From Podarcis pityusensis (taxonomy: Eukaryota): a stretch of DNA of 64,000 nucleotides. The position numbers and the translations under genes were made by a program. Shown here one piece after another: positions 47,991 through 60,387 of the stretch. The notes below the pieces were generated by a model. It was not told the DNA's origin. It did not search any database and was given only the letters and a program-made list of their open reading frames with translations. Positions within the stretch are counted from its first letter, which is position 1; every line of letters starts with the position of its first letter. The DNA lies in assembly GCA_964106645.2 (NCBI GenBank), contig OZ067046.1; one strand, written 5' to 3'.

Positions 47991-49907
47991 AGTCCTGGAA
48001 TCTCTCGCTGCTTTGAGGTTGGCGTGTACCAATATTTCGTTTTAAAAGCATGCATACACACAGAGAAAAGGGACCCTGGCCAGGCCTGTAATCTGCCCTG
48101 CCTTTCTCGAGCTCTTTGCAGCATCCTTTGCCGGAGGCCAAGTTAAACTCTTGCTTGAGGACTGATAAATGTTTCTGGACTCACAAGCGATCCTCTTTCC
48201 CTGAGGCTTCTGAGAAGGCAGCTCTGTGCTGAAATGAAGCCGTCTGATTATTTTTGCCACAATGAGGCTCTGCCGGCCAGTGACACGCAGACCTTGTTAG
48301 GTCAGGATGAAAGTCCAGATGTTACTGAAGCCCTGACAGCGTTCTCCGCTCCTGCCTTCCTCCCTGACCCCCCACCCTCAAATCTGAGCGCAGAAATAGC
48401 CCTGAGCCTCTCCTCAAATCACTCTCCACAGAATGAGCTACCCTGAACTCGCTTTCTTCTTTGGCGAGAAGAGCGATGAACTGTCGCTACCGTGCAACTG
48501 CTAATTCTGTCCCCGCTTCTTTGCCTCTGGCCTCCTGCCATCCGTCTCGGCTCTGAAGAAGCATGGACAACATTTTAATAACCACCAACAAGAGGCACAC
48601 CTGGCTGCTCAAAGATGCTGCTGCCTCCGCCGTGGCGGTTTGCGTTACAGGAAACGGGCGACACCCACGGAAAAGCCAGGCGATGCTTTTCCTTGAAGGG
48701 TTTTTGGAAGGATGCAAATTTTGGGGGCCCTACTGGGTAAAAGATGGCCAGATACGCCTTAGCCAAGGATGGGGGAAATAATGACCTTTCAGTTGTGGCT
48801 GGACTGCAACTCCCATCATCCATGGTCACTGGCCATCCAGACTGGGGCTGGAAGGAGTTAGAGTCCAAGGTTCCTCGTCTCTGCCCATTTTTAAAAAAAT
48901 AAGATTTATATATGGCCCTTCATCTGAGGATGACGGTTAGGCCCCGGACCTGACAGGAAGTGAAGACTGGTGAGGTGGTAGAGGCAGGCACAGGACAAAT
49001 CCAACATTTTGAGGAAAGTGGTTTGTGTGTCCTCTTGCTTGTTCTCTACACCTTAAGACGCCTCTCAAGACAGTGTTGGTGAACTTGGTGAGAGGATTTC
49101 CAAGGTGGGGATGATACTCTTTGTTGACATTGGGACATTGGCTGCCATTTTGAATTGAGATGGTGGACCAAAACATCACTTTGGTGTGACTTTGCCTGTA
49201 TGAGGGCATTATTTGTTGTTGTTGTTGTTGTTGTTACAGGTTATCATAGGCACAAGTTCAGACCGCTCTTGAGATATTGCCACCACACTCAGCATGAGGG
49301 TTCCCAAGGTGGGGTGGCAGACTCCATCGCCATTTGGACACTGGACACCATTTTGAATCAAGATGGCAGAACAAATCATCGCTTGGGCATGTCTTTGCCT
49401 GTTTTTTGACATAGTTTCAGCCGCCTCGCATGATAGGATGGGGTGTGCATGTGTGTCTAGGTTGGTGACTGGGCGCCAGGTGCCATTTTGAATCAAGATG
49501 GCGGGCTGAAACATGACTTTGGTATGACCTCGACCAATTTTTAGTGTGATGGGTCAAAACCCATAAATCATGCTATCCATTAAAAAAAACAAAAAACAAA
49601 GGGTGTTTTTGTTTTTGATTTGGTTTCTTAAAAATCCCAGGCAGCACCACGCACTCCCTGCTAATGTGTATTAAAAGCGGATGATCTACCATTCAGGAAA
49701 AAATTGCCCCTAGTGCGATGCCCTGAAAGGGTACAATTATCGGCGCTTCTTCTGGGCAGAGAAGCAGCAACTGCGCAGAGCCATAGCCCAGGAAGAGAGC
49801 ACATCATCTGGGTTCAGAAAGTCCCGGGTTCAGTTCCTGCCACCTCCAGGTATGGCTAGATCTCCCTGACCCAAAACTCTGGGGAGCCACTGTCAATGTA
49901 GACAATA

Positions 49908-50262
49908 CAGTGGTACCTCGCAAGACGAATGCCTCGCAAGACAAAAAACTCGCTAGACGAAAGGGTTTTTTGTTTTTTGAGCTGCTTCGCAAGACGATTT
50001 TCCCTATGGGCTTGCTTCGCAAGACGGAAACGTCTTGCAAGTTTGTTTCCTTTTTCTTAACACCGTTAATACAGTTGCGAATTGACTTCGAGGAGCAACT
50101 CATAGAACGCGGTGTGGTAGCCTTTTTTGAGGTTTTTAAAGACTTTGGTGATTTTTGAAGCTTTTCCAAAACTTTCCCGACACCGTGCTTCGCAAGATGA
50201 AAAAAATCGCAAGATGCCAAAACTCGCGGAACGAATTAATTTCGTCTTGCGAGGCACCACTG
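49908..50262. mobile_element. Young Tc1/mariner MITE inserted in a tRNA-derived SINE (Squam3-like, ~49790-50312)
   Basis: TIRs CAGTGGT(A/G)CCTCGCAAGACGAA, TA TSD, CpG-rich with repeated CGCAAGA motifs; host gtagacaata|ctgagct resumes after it. Confidence 0.88.
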
Positions 50263-50670
50263 TACTGAGCTGGGGGGACCAATGGTCTGAGCTGGTATAA
50301 GTCAGCTTCCTAGGAAAGAACCCATTGCAACGGGTCTTGTCTGAGAAACACGTCCTGATTCTGGGAGAAAACTCTCATGCCTCTGGCCGTGTCCCACGGG
50401 GGGGGGGTCATTAAAATGTTGCTGCATCTGCAGAGTTGAGGAACTGAAGGGGAAGTGCCTCCCCCCTCTCCCCCCGCAGCTCCAAGGAGCAAGAAAGGCC
50501 AGTCATAGCATCACAGAACAGTAGGGTTGGAAAGGGTACCCAGGGGTCCTCTAGTCCAACCCCTGCAATGCAGGAATCACAAGTAAATAATTCCTGGCAA
50601 ATGACCATCCAACCTCGGTGTAAGAACCTCACACCAGGCTGGAAGAGATCAAAGCCCCGAGGTGGGTGGA

Positions 50671-51637
50671 AGACCCTCCAAGTGTCCTTACTTTCCAGGG
50701 ACGTCTCTGATTTAGAGAAGCCGTCCCGGTTTCTGATTTAATCCCAGAATGCCCCACTTTTCCTTAGGATGTTCTTCTTTTCATTGGAAAAATGCCAAAG
50801 GGTATGAGCTATCTGAAGGCAATCCTGTATAGGGAAGGCTTTTTTTAATGTTTAATGTTTTATTATGTTTTTATATATGTTTGGTGCATGCTCTAGTTAT
50901 CTCTTGCTTGGACTACTGCAATGCGCTCTCCGTGGGGCTACCTTTGAAGGTGACCCGGAAACTACAACTAAGCCAGAATGTGGCAGCTAGACTGGTGACT
51001 GGGAGTGGCCACCGAGACCACATAACACCGGTCTTGAAAGACCTACATTGGCTCCCAGGACATTTCTGAGCAAAATTCAAAGTGTTGGTGCTGACCTTTA
51101 AAGCCCTAAATGGCCTCGGTCCTGTATACCTGAAGGAGCGTCTCCATTCCCATTGTTCAGCCCAGACACTGAGATCTAGCGCCGAGGGCCTTCTGGCGGT
51201 TCCCTCATTTTGAGAAGCCAAGTTACAGGGAACCAGGCGGAGGGCCTTCTCGGTAGTGGCACCCGCCCTGTGGAACACCCTCCCACCAGATGTCAAAGAG
51301 AACAACAACTACCAGACTTTTAGAAGAAATCTGAAGGCAGCCCTGTTCAGAGAAGTTTTTAATGTTTAACAGACCACTGTATTTTAATACTTTGTTGGAA
51401 GCCGCCCAGAGTGGCCGGGGAGACCCAGTCAGATAGGTGGGGTATAAATAAGAATAAGAATAAGAATAAGAATAAGAATAAGAATAAGAATAAGAATAAG
51501 AATAAATAATAATAATAACTTGGAAGCTGCCCAGAGTGGCTGGGGCAACTATGTCAGATGGGTGGGGTATAAATAGTAAAATTATCATTGTGGAATGGAA
51601 CGTCCCTATTTTCATCGGAGGAATGTTGGAGGGAATG
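50671..51637. mobile_element. Composite MITE-like element carrying an L2 3' end, split by a younger L2
   Basis: Ends agaccctccaagtgtcc / ggaatgttggagggaatg; internal L2 tail at 50810-50880 resumes at 51520-51586. Confidence 0.5.
50881..51519 (+). mobile_element. L2-clade LINE 3' fragment with (AAGAAT)n tail
   Basis: [41 protein letters not shown]; hexamer tail ~51449-51503. Confidence 0.9.
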
Positions 51638-52440
51638 GAACAGGATTTGTCTTGCTGGGGGTGGCGTTCGGTTCTCACGGCCAAGGAGCCGCTAACAGGA
51701 GCTCATCAGACAAGCGGGCAACATCTTACTGCCGCTTCCTTTTATTGCGCATTCAAGAGGCACTCCAAACGAGTGATAGATTGTAAATGTACCAGCGACT
51801 CGAAATAATGAGGAGCCATTAATTTTCGCCCCTCTTACCTGGCTCTTCTTAACAGCCAGAACCGGCCATTGAGACAGCTGCCAATAAAGTTGGCGCCTGC
51901 TGCTGGTGAGGGATACGTTGTCCCCCCCCTCAGAAAAAAATAAAGTAAAACGAAGGCTTCTTGGAAGCTTTGATGGCACCAGCCTCAACTGTGGAAATTA
52001 ATTGGGACTTTTGCAAGAGCGAAGGCTGCCTTAGTGCTTTCAGGCTCACTTGGAAGACATTGAAGCACCCGTCCATCTAGCCCAGTTTGGGCTGCTCAAC
52101 ATCAGCCTTCCATTCCATTTATGGCACACAGCTTCCCCAAAGGTTCTCCTGGGACCTCTAGTTTACCCCACAGAACAATCACTTCCAGCACCTGTAAAAA
52201 TGGGTAGTTCCCAGGATTTTGGGGGACAGCCACGTACTCTGAAAGTATGGTGTGGGTGTGATTCCCTCCCCCCCCCTTCCCATCGTGTGTTCCTGGATCC
52301 TTTTAAGCTGGAAATGCTATTTTGGACTGAAACCGGGACCTTCTGCGTATAGTCACAGAGCTGTAGGATAGGAAGGGACCCCTGGCAGATGGCCATCTTG
52401 CCTGAAAGCAAGGCAGGGGCTCTGTCATTGAGCTATGGAC

Positions 52441-52742
52441 CATAGGATCAGAGATTTGCAGAGTTGGAAGGGACCCTGAGGGTCATCTAGTCCAACCCCC
52501 TGCAATGCAGGAATCTCAACTAAAGCATCCAAGACCTCTACCGAAAAACCTCCAAGGAGCGAGAGTGCACCACCACCTGAGGGAGACTGTTCCACTGTCA
52601 AACAGCTCTTCCTGTCAGAAAGCTGATGTTGAGTCAGAATCTCCTTGTAACCTGAAGCTGTGGGTTCGAGTCCTACCCTCCAGAGCAGGAGAAAAGAAGC
52701 TTGTTGCCTCTTCCGTGTGACAGCCCTTGAGATATTTTAAAT
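52441..52742 (-). mobile_element. CR1 3' fragment
   Basis: gagttggaagggacc..tccaaccccctgcaatgcagg..aaaaacctccaagga..ttccactgtcaaacagctct. Confidence 0.75.
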
Positions 52743-53310
52743 GCTCTGTGGGCGGGTGGGGGTCTAGGAGGTTCAGTTGCAGGGGAATGAGGAATCCTTA
52801 TTATCATCTGAGGGAGGGTATGCGATATATCAGCACTGGTTCGGTGCAGATTTCAAAAGGACAACCCGCTGTTCAAATAAGAAAGTGGGTCAAGGTGGAA
52901 CCATCTGGAAGGCCTCCTTTGACTAAAGCCCTCTGCAAGTCAGGCTTTTCCTCATCAATCTCAAGGCGAAAGAGCAGCACACACACACTCTCCTGAAGCA
53001 AACCTTTTGTCGTCCTTTTGCTTCTTCTTCAGAGAGAGGTTGCCTTGCAGCTACAGATCTCGTCAGGGAGCCACCTCAGCCCTCTTGCATCTGTCGCCTC
53101 TCCCCTTGTTGTTTCTGGGGCACGACAAATGTGCCAACACACCTCTGTGTCTTCTTTGTCCGATTTCATCGGTCTGAGCTGCGACTCCTGGTTTTAATTT
53201 CCAAGAAGAAAAACGTCTCACCTTTTGAGAATGAGCTTTAAAAGGAAGCGCAGGGTTGTAGAGTTGGAAGGGACCTTGAGGGTCGCTCAACCCCCTGCAG
53301 TGCAGGAACT

Positions 53311-53924
53311 TGTGGGATGTGATACATAAGTAGCAGTCAAGTACAACATTCCTTGTTTTCCTAGAGTGGACACGCAGGGGAATGTTTGGTCCAGCCAGTC
53401 AAAAACTTCCTGTTTCCTCCTGGCTGGGACATACTTCCTTTGCATGTGACTAGAAGTGGGCGTGACCTTACCTGTCCAGGTAACACAGAAGGACAAGGAG
53501 CGCAGCACTCTCTCTTTTTGACTCCATTTGTCAATGGAGCAGCTTTTTTAGCTAGAAATGCTCTATTGGCTTTCAGCTTTTAGCCAACAGAGGACCCTAG
53601 GATTATCTCCATATGGGATAGAGCCACATGTATATACTTTGTAACTAAGTCTGCCTTCAGGGATCCAACTGTGAACTGATGATGTGAGTAAACTTCTTTT
53701 ATTAATCTTTCAATAAGATTGTGGCGTGTTTATTCTTTTAAGAGGGATATAAGGGAACTTACCAGGAACCTAATAGCGAGAGGCTTACACAAGCCTGCAA
53801 CTAGCCATCTGCACATTTAAAAGGGGACTGTAAAACTCTGCTAAGTAAAATAACTTGCTAGTCCAAGTTAGGAAGGATATTAATAAACAATATATCCTCT
53901 TCTGCTTCCCTGAACATTCCCACA
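53311..53924 (+). mobile_element. Solo LTR inserted in a minus-strand CR1 fragment (~53255-54066)
   Basis: TG...CA with terminal inverted TGTGGGA(A)TGT; flanks ggaact/ggaatc; TATA-like tatatac at 53631 and AGTAAA ~53687; host CR1 gcaggaa|tctcagctaaagcatcc resumes after it. Confidence 0.7.
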
Positions 53925-54149
53925 GGAATCTCAGCTAAAGCATCCATGACAGAGGGCCACCCAACCTCTGCTTAAAAACCTCCAAGGAAGAGGAGTCCAT
54001 CACCTCCTGAGGGAGACCGTTCCACTCTCAGACAGCTCTTACTGCCAGAAAGTTCTTCCTGATGTTTTGATATTGTATTTTAATGCTGTAACCCATCCTG
54101 GGACCTTAGGGTGAAGGGCAGGCAGCAAACAGACAAACAAACAGCAAAG

Positions 54150-54718
54150 ACCTGATGAAGAGAGCAGAGCAGAGGTTATATTTTCTGAGAATCCTCTGGA
54201 AAAACAATCTCTCAAAGGACCTGTTGATGGCATTTTACCATTGTACTGTTGAGAGTGTATTAACTTATGGTCTCTGTGTGTGGTTTGGGAGCTGCACGGT
54301 CAGGGAAAAAACAATGCTGTCCAGGGTCGTAAAGACCGCGGAGAGAATAACTGGGTGCACTCTTCCCACCTTGGACCAAATCTATGCTTCCAGGTGCTAT
54401 TAGAAAGCTGCAGAGATAGCGCAGGATAGTGCGCACCCCGGAAATGATCTCTTTCAGCTTCTGCCTTCTGGAAGAAGGTACAGGGTTATAAAGACTAGGA
54501 CTAGCCGCCTGAAAAACAGTTTCTATCCAAATGCGATTTTGGTTTTAAACGCAGTGTAAGGAGTCTCTATGGGAGTATATTGTATTTAATTATGGGGTAT
54601 CAGAGTTTTTAGGGGGATAACCAGGCTGGGATAGCTGGGATAGCAGGCTTTTTGGTTTTTGAATGTCTTATGTAGATGTTCTGTATGGGACAATGACAAT
54701 AAAGATTATCGTATCGTA
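54150..54718 (+). mobile_element. Rex1/Babar-clade LINE 3' fragment (different subfamily)
   Basis: KRAEQRLYFLRIL..FYHCTVESVLTYGLCVWFGSC..HPGNDLFQLLPSGRRYRVIKTRTSRLKNSFYP; AATAAA + (TATCG)n tail. Confidence 0.85.
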
Positions 54719-56120
54719 AAATTGAATGCTTTCTTTCCTCAACCTGCAATTTTGGCATTCGGCCACTTCATTGGGGGAAAACCTTCATGCCCATGTACAC
54801 CCTTGTATGGTCTCACCCACCCTGATAATCCTCATGTTCCTAAATTCTTAAAGAGGCAACATAAAGGTTACCAACCTATTCAGGAAAAGAATCCACATCT
54901 GCTTTATTTCAGGGTACATTTTTTTTTAAATACTGATACATACAGAAAGTACAGATTAGATCCCAAAAGTATAACCAACCCCCCCTATAAACCCATGTAT
55001 GATCTTGGGAGCACCTCCCCTCTCCAGCATCAAGGTTTTTGTGTTTTGTCTTATTGCAGAGATGAGAACATCTTAGAATCATAGAACCACAGAGCCGGGA
55101 GGGACCTCAAAGGCCATCTAACCCAACCCCCTGAAACGTAAGAATCAGAACTGACCTTATATTATATTTTTTTTCACCCGGCCACTGCCAGAGCAGCGCC
55201 CATGCTCTGGGTGTAAACGTAGGGTGTCTTTTCCTAATACCCATCTCAAGTCACAAGCAACAGAAGGCAAGTCTATGTAGACATTGGCAGAATGTTACTA
55301 TCCTTTCCTGTCTGGGCAAAGACAGCATTTTCGGAAATTAGGGACCTTTTAGCCAAGCTTCCTTGAAAAGCAGAGAGAAAGTGATTGGTAATGTGAGGCT
55401 CACCCCTTCAGTAGACATGGTCTTTGGCTTTGGACAATATGTTATTTCTCAGCCTCGGTTTCCTGTCTGTAGAATGGGCGCGAAATCAATTTGCCGTTCA
55501 GGGTGAAGAAGAAATACGTGAAGGATCGCAGCGCTCTTTGCAAAATTCAAAGTGCTGCATAGATAAAACAGGAGCAGTAATTTGGAGAACCATCGGCAGG
55601 GTTAAGGAGGTGGCGATAAGAAAACAATAAGATAGCAAAAGTGGGGGTGGTCTGAACAGATAAAAAACGAGAAGGGGGTTTGCAGTGAGACGGCACACTC
55701 ATTCTGGCCAGCATGGGTCAGGGTGATGGATGGTGCTCTCCAGAAACACCTGGAAGAAACCCTGTTGGGCACCTCTGTTTTTAGTAATACCACCGACTAA
55801 TTTCAGCTGTGCTGAAAAGAGAAAGAAAACCAGATGCTGAGGATGAGGATGAGCAAAGCCACTCCCGAGCTAAGGAGGGGGGGGTTGCGGGCTCACGCCC
55901 CCATCCCCATTCTCGCAGGGCTGGCACCAGCCCCGCGGGATTTAGAGATCTCATTATTCATGTCCGGCAGCGCCAGCCAATGGGCGGGCGCTGGGGGCGG
56001 GCCCACCAGAGGATGAGCAACACAGAATGGCCTCAGCAGCACCTGACCGACCTCTGCTGGAAGCAGGATGTGAACTGGCATGGAATGGACCTTTGTCCTG
56101 GTCCTGCAAGGGCCCTCTTA

Positions 56121-56431
56121 AAAAGGTAAAGGGACCCCTGACCATTAGGTCCAGTCGTGACCGACTGGGGTTGAGGCGCTCATCTCACTTTATTGGCCGA
56201 GGGAGCCGGTGTACAGCTTCCGGGTCATGTGGCCAGCATGACTAAGCCGCTTCTGGCGAACCAGAGCAGCGCACGGAAACGCCGTTTACCTTCCCACCGG
56301 TGTGGTACCTATTTATCTACTTGCACTTTTTGTGCTTTCAAACTGCTAGGTGGGCGGGAGCAGGGACCAAGCAACGGGAGCTCACCCCGTCGCGGGGATT
56401 TGAACTGCCGACCTTCTGATCGGCAAGTCCT
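56121..56431 (-). mobile_element. 5'-truncated Sauria SINE
   Basis: TSD AGGGCCCTCTTA at 56109-56120 and 56432-56443. Confidence 0.92.
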
Positions 56432-57516
56432 AGGGCCCTCTTATGATCCTACAAAAGCCTTCCCCAACCTGCTGCCCTCCAGGTGTTTTGACCCGCAGCC
56501 GCAGCTGGCAACACCTCCCCTCGCTCCCAAATCATTGGCTTTGCTATTTGTTTTAGATTGCAGGTTTCTAGCTCTCATGAGGCATCTTCCAGAAGACAAA
56601 CAGGATTGGTGGAATTATGGATCGCTTTTCTCCCGTTCCAGTCAATGGAGCTACGTTGGTTTGAACTTGGAGAGTAGCGATTCAACTCGGTTTACACCTG
56701 GCGGGCAAAGCTAGATTTGGAAACAGGGTGGCAAAGATGTTCTAAACCCTCAAGTGGCAAGGGAATGTGCAAAAGTTTAAAGATGCCTGAATTCTCCTCT
56801 GCCAAACCTCTTTAGGTTCATTCTGGGATTTCTCAGGCTCTGCCGTAGGTTTTTCCATCATGAAAACTGGGGGTAGGGCAGTGGGAGAATAATAAAATCA
56901 TAGCATTGTAGAGTTGGAGGGGACACAGCTAAGTTTTATCTCTTAGGATAAATAACAGCTAGGCACCCATCGCATTCCAGAAAAATAATCTGCAAATCAA
57001 CTCGACGACTGCCAACGGAAATATGAGTTTATATCGGTTGCGGCCATCTGCTTTTTAAACCTTCTCCTCTTTCCATATATTTCTCCACCCAGAAGATACT
57101 ACTTCATGCTGGTGATGATAACCATCAGGTTCTTTTGTACTACTTGCCCCCCTTTCTTAAATACTAAAATTCTAGTGGTTTTCCAAAATTTGATAGCAGA
57201 CTCAGAAGTCTGAGTTCCTCTTTTGGGATTTCAGTGCTCTCCCCAGATTTTCTTTCCATCACTTTGGCAACCAAGTGCTAAAAAAATGCCAAGCCCTCCA
57301 CCTCTGGTTTGCAGCCAGGAAAACGTGCAGCATGTCAGGTGAACATTTGACGTGTCTGAACAAACAAAACCAGGAGCTCTGAGTCAGTGGGCTTCATCAG
57401 TTACCTTCTGCGTTAATGTGAAAAGCATCCATCACCGCAAAGGACTTTATATTTGCAGTGTCCTCAGAAGGGCAAGCTGAACCAAGTGACCAAATGGTCA
57501 CCTAAAACATCTAGGC

Positions 57517-57652
57517 CAGGCATCCCCAACCTGCAGCCCTCCAGATGTTTTGGCCTACAACTCCCATGATCCCTAGCTAACAGGGCCAGTGGTCAGGGAT
57601 GATGGGAATTGTAGTCCAAAACAACTGGAGGGCCGAAGGTTGGGGGTGCCTG
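57517..57652. mobile_element. Palindromic hAT MITE
   Basis: TIR caggcatccccaacct / aggttgggggtgcctg; 8-bp TSD ATCTAGGC at 57509-57516 and 57653-57660. Confidence 0.9.
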
Positions 57653-59885
57653 ATCTAGGCTGTTTCCGGGGTGTGTGAACTGAGCAAACATCAACTTTTA
57701 TTATTTACTTATTTTATTTATTTATTGGATTTATATACGGCCCTTCGTCAAAAGATCTCAGGGTGGTTTGCGGGATAAAAACATGAGATGAAAGCCTCCG
57801 GTGCAGCGAAGAATCGCTTGCCGACGTTGCAAAGGAGCACTTGCAAACATTGCTCTGCAACGCTGCAGAATATGGCTAGGGGATCTCTTTCCACAGAGGA
57901 CCACATGTCATTCTGGAGGGCCACATACCAGTGGCAGGTGGGACCAGAGGGGCAAGAATGAGTGAAAATTGCGAATTTTGTGTTTGTGCAGTAGGCTGGC
58001 TTCTGGAGCTGAGGTTCGTCATCCCAGCTGCAGAATATCTTTAGGATGCGTGTCTCAGACTGCAAGGGGCAGAAAGATACTTCAGGCAGAACCACTCTAT
58101 AGAAATACAGTTCTAGTTCAGAGAACCAGGCAGGGCAGACTTTGGTTTTTCAAACTTTAGCGGTGCCCTTTGCGAGGCCAAAATTGGGAGCCCCCTGCCT
58201 CTTTGCTTTTTGCCCTGCTCAATTCACTACATTATAGTTGTGACGATCTGCGGCACCCCCTAGGCTTGGTGCCCAGTACAGCATAACCAGTTGCGCTGCC
58301 CCTAAATCCATCTCTCTCAAGGAACCAACTAGTGGCCAGTATAGATGAAGATACCTCTAAGTTGCTTCGTAGGTGGATGGGATGGTAATGTACTGGAATG
58401 AGCTCCCTCTGTCACTTCCCCCAAGCTTGATCATCCCTGCCTTTTCTAGCTTTGCCAAATTTGTGTGCTCATGTGCACCACCCAACAAGTTTGCTGGGCA
58501 TGCTGGAATTTTGATGCACGCATGAAGAGGAAAGCATTCCCTTCCGTAAGAACAAACGCCTGCATGTTGAGCCCTGGAGAGCTTTGGAATGTAGGTAGGT
58601 CCATTTCTGTGTGTGTTTTCTTAAAAAATAATCCTGTGCACAAGAAGAGGGAGGCCACATTTCAATACAAGGTTCAGGGCCTTTAAGTCCCTTGACCAAA
58701 AAGCTCTCCATGGGGGCTGACCTCCATCTTGAATTGGGGTCAAAATATTGTGTAGGAATCTAACTATGGTTGACCCACATGAGCCGTGACCATGAAATGG
58801 GAGATGTAACTCATTGCTAGGCAAGTTGGGGTGGTGGAAGGAGTAATTCCCACCCCCACAGACCCAGTTGACACTCTCAGGACCATCGCTTGCTATAAAT
58901 GTTCCCTTGAACCTGTGGATCAGCCATTGCTGATCAGAACCCGCCACAGATGGAATATCCATTACATCCACTCACAACCCAAAACAGTCCTTCTCTGAGA
59001 AGATATAAGTCAAACGTTTGGCTGAGTGGTCAATTCGTGCATCTGGACATCAGTCCTGAAGGTGACACTCTGCCTCTGATTCCAGTGGTTTCTGTTTTCC
59101 GGCAGCAAATGTTTGGATGTGCAAGGTGTGTTGTTTGGGGATCTCAAAATACCAGACGGTTAAAATGTTTCAATATTAACATTTTAAAGACTTCTGTCCT
59201 GCAATCTCTTTCCTGGACCAAATTACAGTGATGGGTTTTCTGCAGTAAGTACCAAACTGTCCTTTGAAAATCACCGAGGAAAGTAAGGGAGAGTCTCTCA
59301 AATATAACTCAGTGGATTGCGTCAGGATTTCAGTGAATCAGCAGCATGAATCGGCCTTCAATACAAGTGTCCAGAAGTGCAATCCAAGCTGAAGAAGCAC
59401 ACACCAGTTGCATGAGAAGATTCCAGGTACATCTACAATTGCTCTCTTGTGGAGTATCAGGTGAGGTGTGGTTTTATCCTTCGAGGTGCTGTGCTGGAAC
59501 CAAGTCAATGCCTTGCTGGTAAGAATGGGTAGTTCAGAAGTTCAGTCCTGCTGGTCCTGTCTAAATTCTCCTCGTGAAGCTCCAAATAAGCATGGATTTT
59601 CAAACCAAAGCCCTCCGCTCAACAGATACAGACCCCATTTCCCACCCAAAAATTGTGGCCAAGGAGAGAGTCAAGATACCCAGACTTGTCTGTCTCATTC
59701 TGAGTCTGGAGACCCAGGTCTCAAGGACAAAGCGCTCAGTTCATCCCTCCCCCTCCCCTTCTTAAAAAAAAAATATGGAGATTGGGTGGTGTCACTACCG
59801 CAAGATGGGAGTATTGGCATGATGAAGCAGTCCAGTTCTTTGACTCAACACATGGGAAGTTGGGGCGATAGCTTACTTCAACCCA

Positions 59886-59935
59886 TTCTTGGTATCTGAA
59901 GAAGTGTGCTTGCACACGAAAGCTCATACCAAGAA
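59886..59935 (+). ncRNA. Minimal type I hammerhead ribozyme motif
   Basis: Stem I TTCTTGGTAT/ATACCAAGAA, core CTGAAGA, stem II GTGTG-cttg-CACAC, GAAA, palindromic AGCT mini stem III, predicted cleavage after C59925. One extra A at 59903. Confidence 0.7.
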
Positions 59936-59985
59936 CTAACTTAGTTGGTCTTAAAGGTGCTACTGGAAGGATTTTTTTATTTTGA
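59893..59985 (+). mobile_element. Penelope-like element pLTR fragment with 10-bp TSD
   Basis: tatctgaagaagtgtgcttgcacacgaaagctcataccaagaactaacttagttggtcttaaaggtgctactgga; TSD CCATTCTTGG at 59883-59892 and 59986-59995. Confidence 0.8.
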
Positions 59986-60387
59986 CCATTCTTGGAAGGT
60001 ATTCCAAGATGGCAGCAAAATCCTAGTGTGCTGGAGATGTTCTTAAGACTGTTTCAGCCTACCAAAGCAGGCAACTTTTACTGACCTGCTAAATATGGGG
60101 GGCAAAAGAAGCTACTGTGAATTATTCCTTGCTGTAACCCATGATGGATCACACGCTTCCTTGCAGGGACTGATTTCTGGGTCCTTCCACAGATGAACAC
60201 ATTGTGGCTCACCAGAAAGGTGTCGACAAACAAGCTGATGAGATGAGTGTCTTTCCTTTCCTCCCGATAACCTTGAAGAGGGAGGGAGCCAGGAGCTGAC
60301 GAGGCCTTTTGCCCCAGCTCCCCGATTCAAAAACAAACAAACGGAGAGCAGTCCGGTCAGGGCGCTTGAGTGTGGGCGCGCTCCAAT

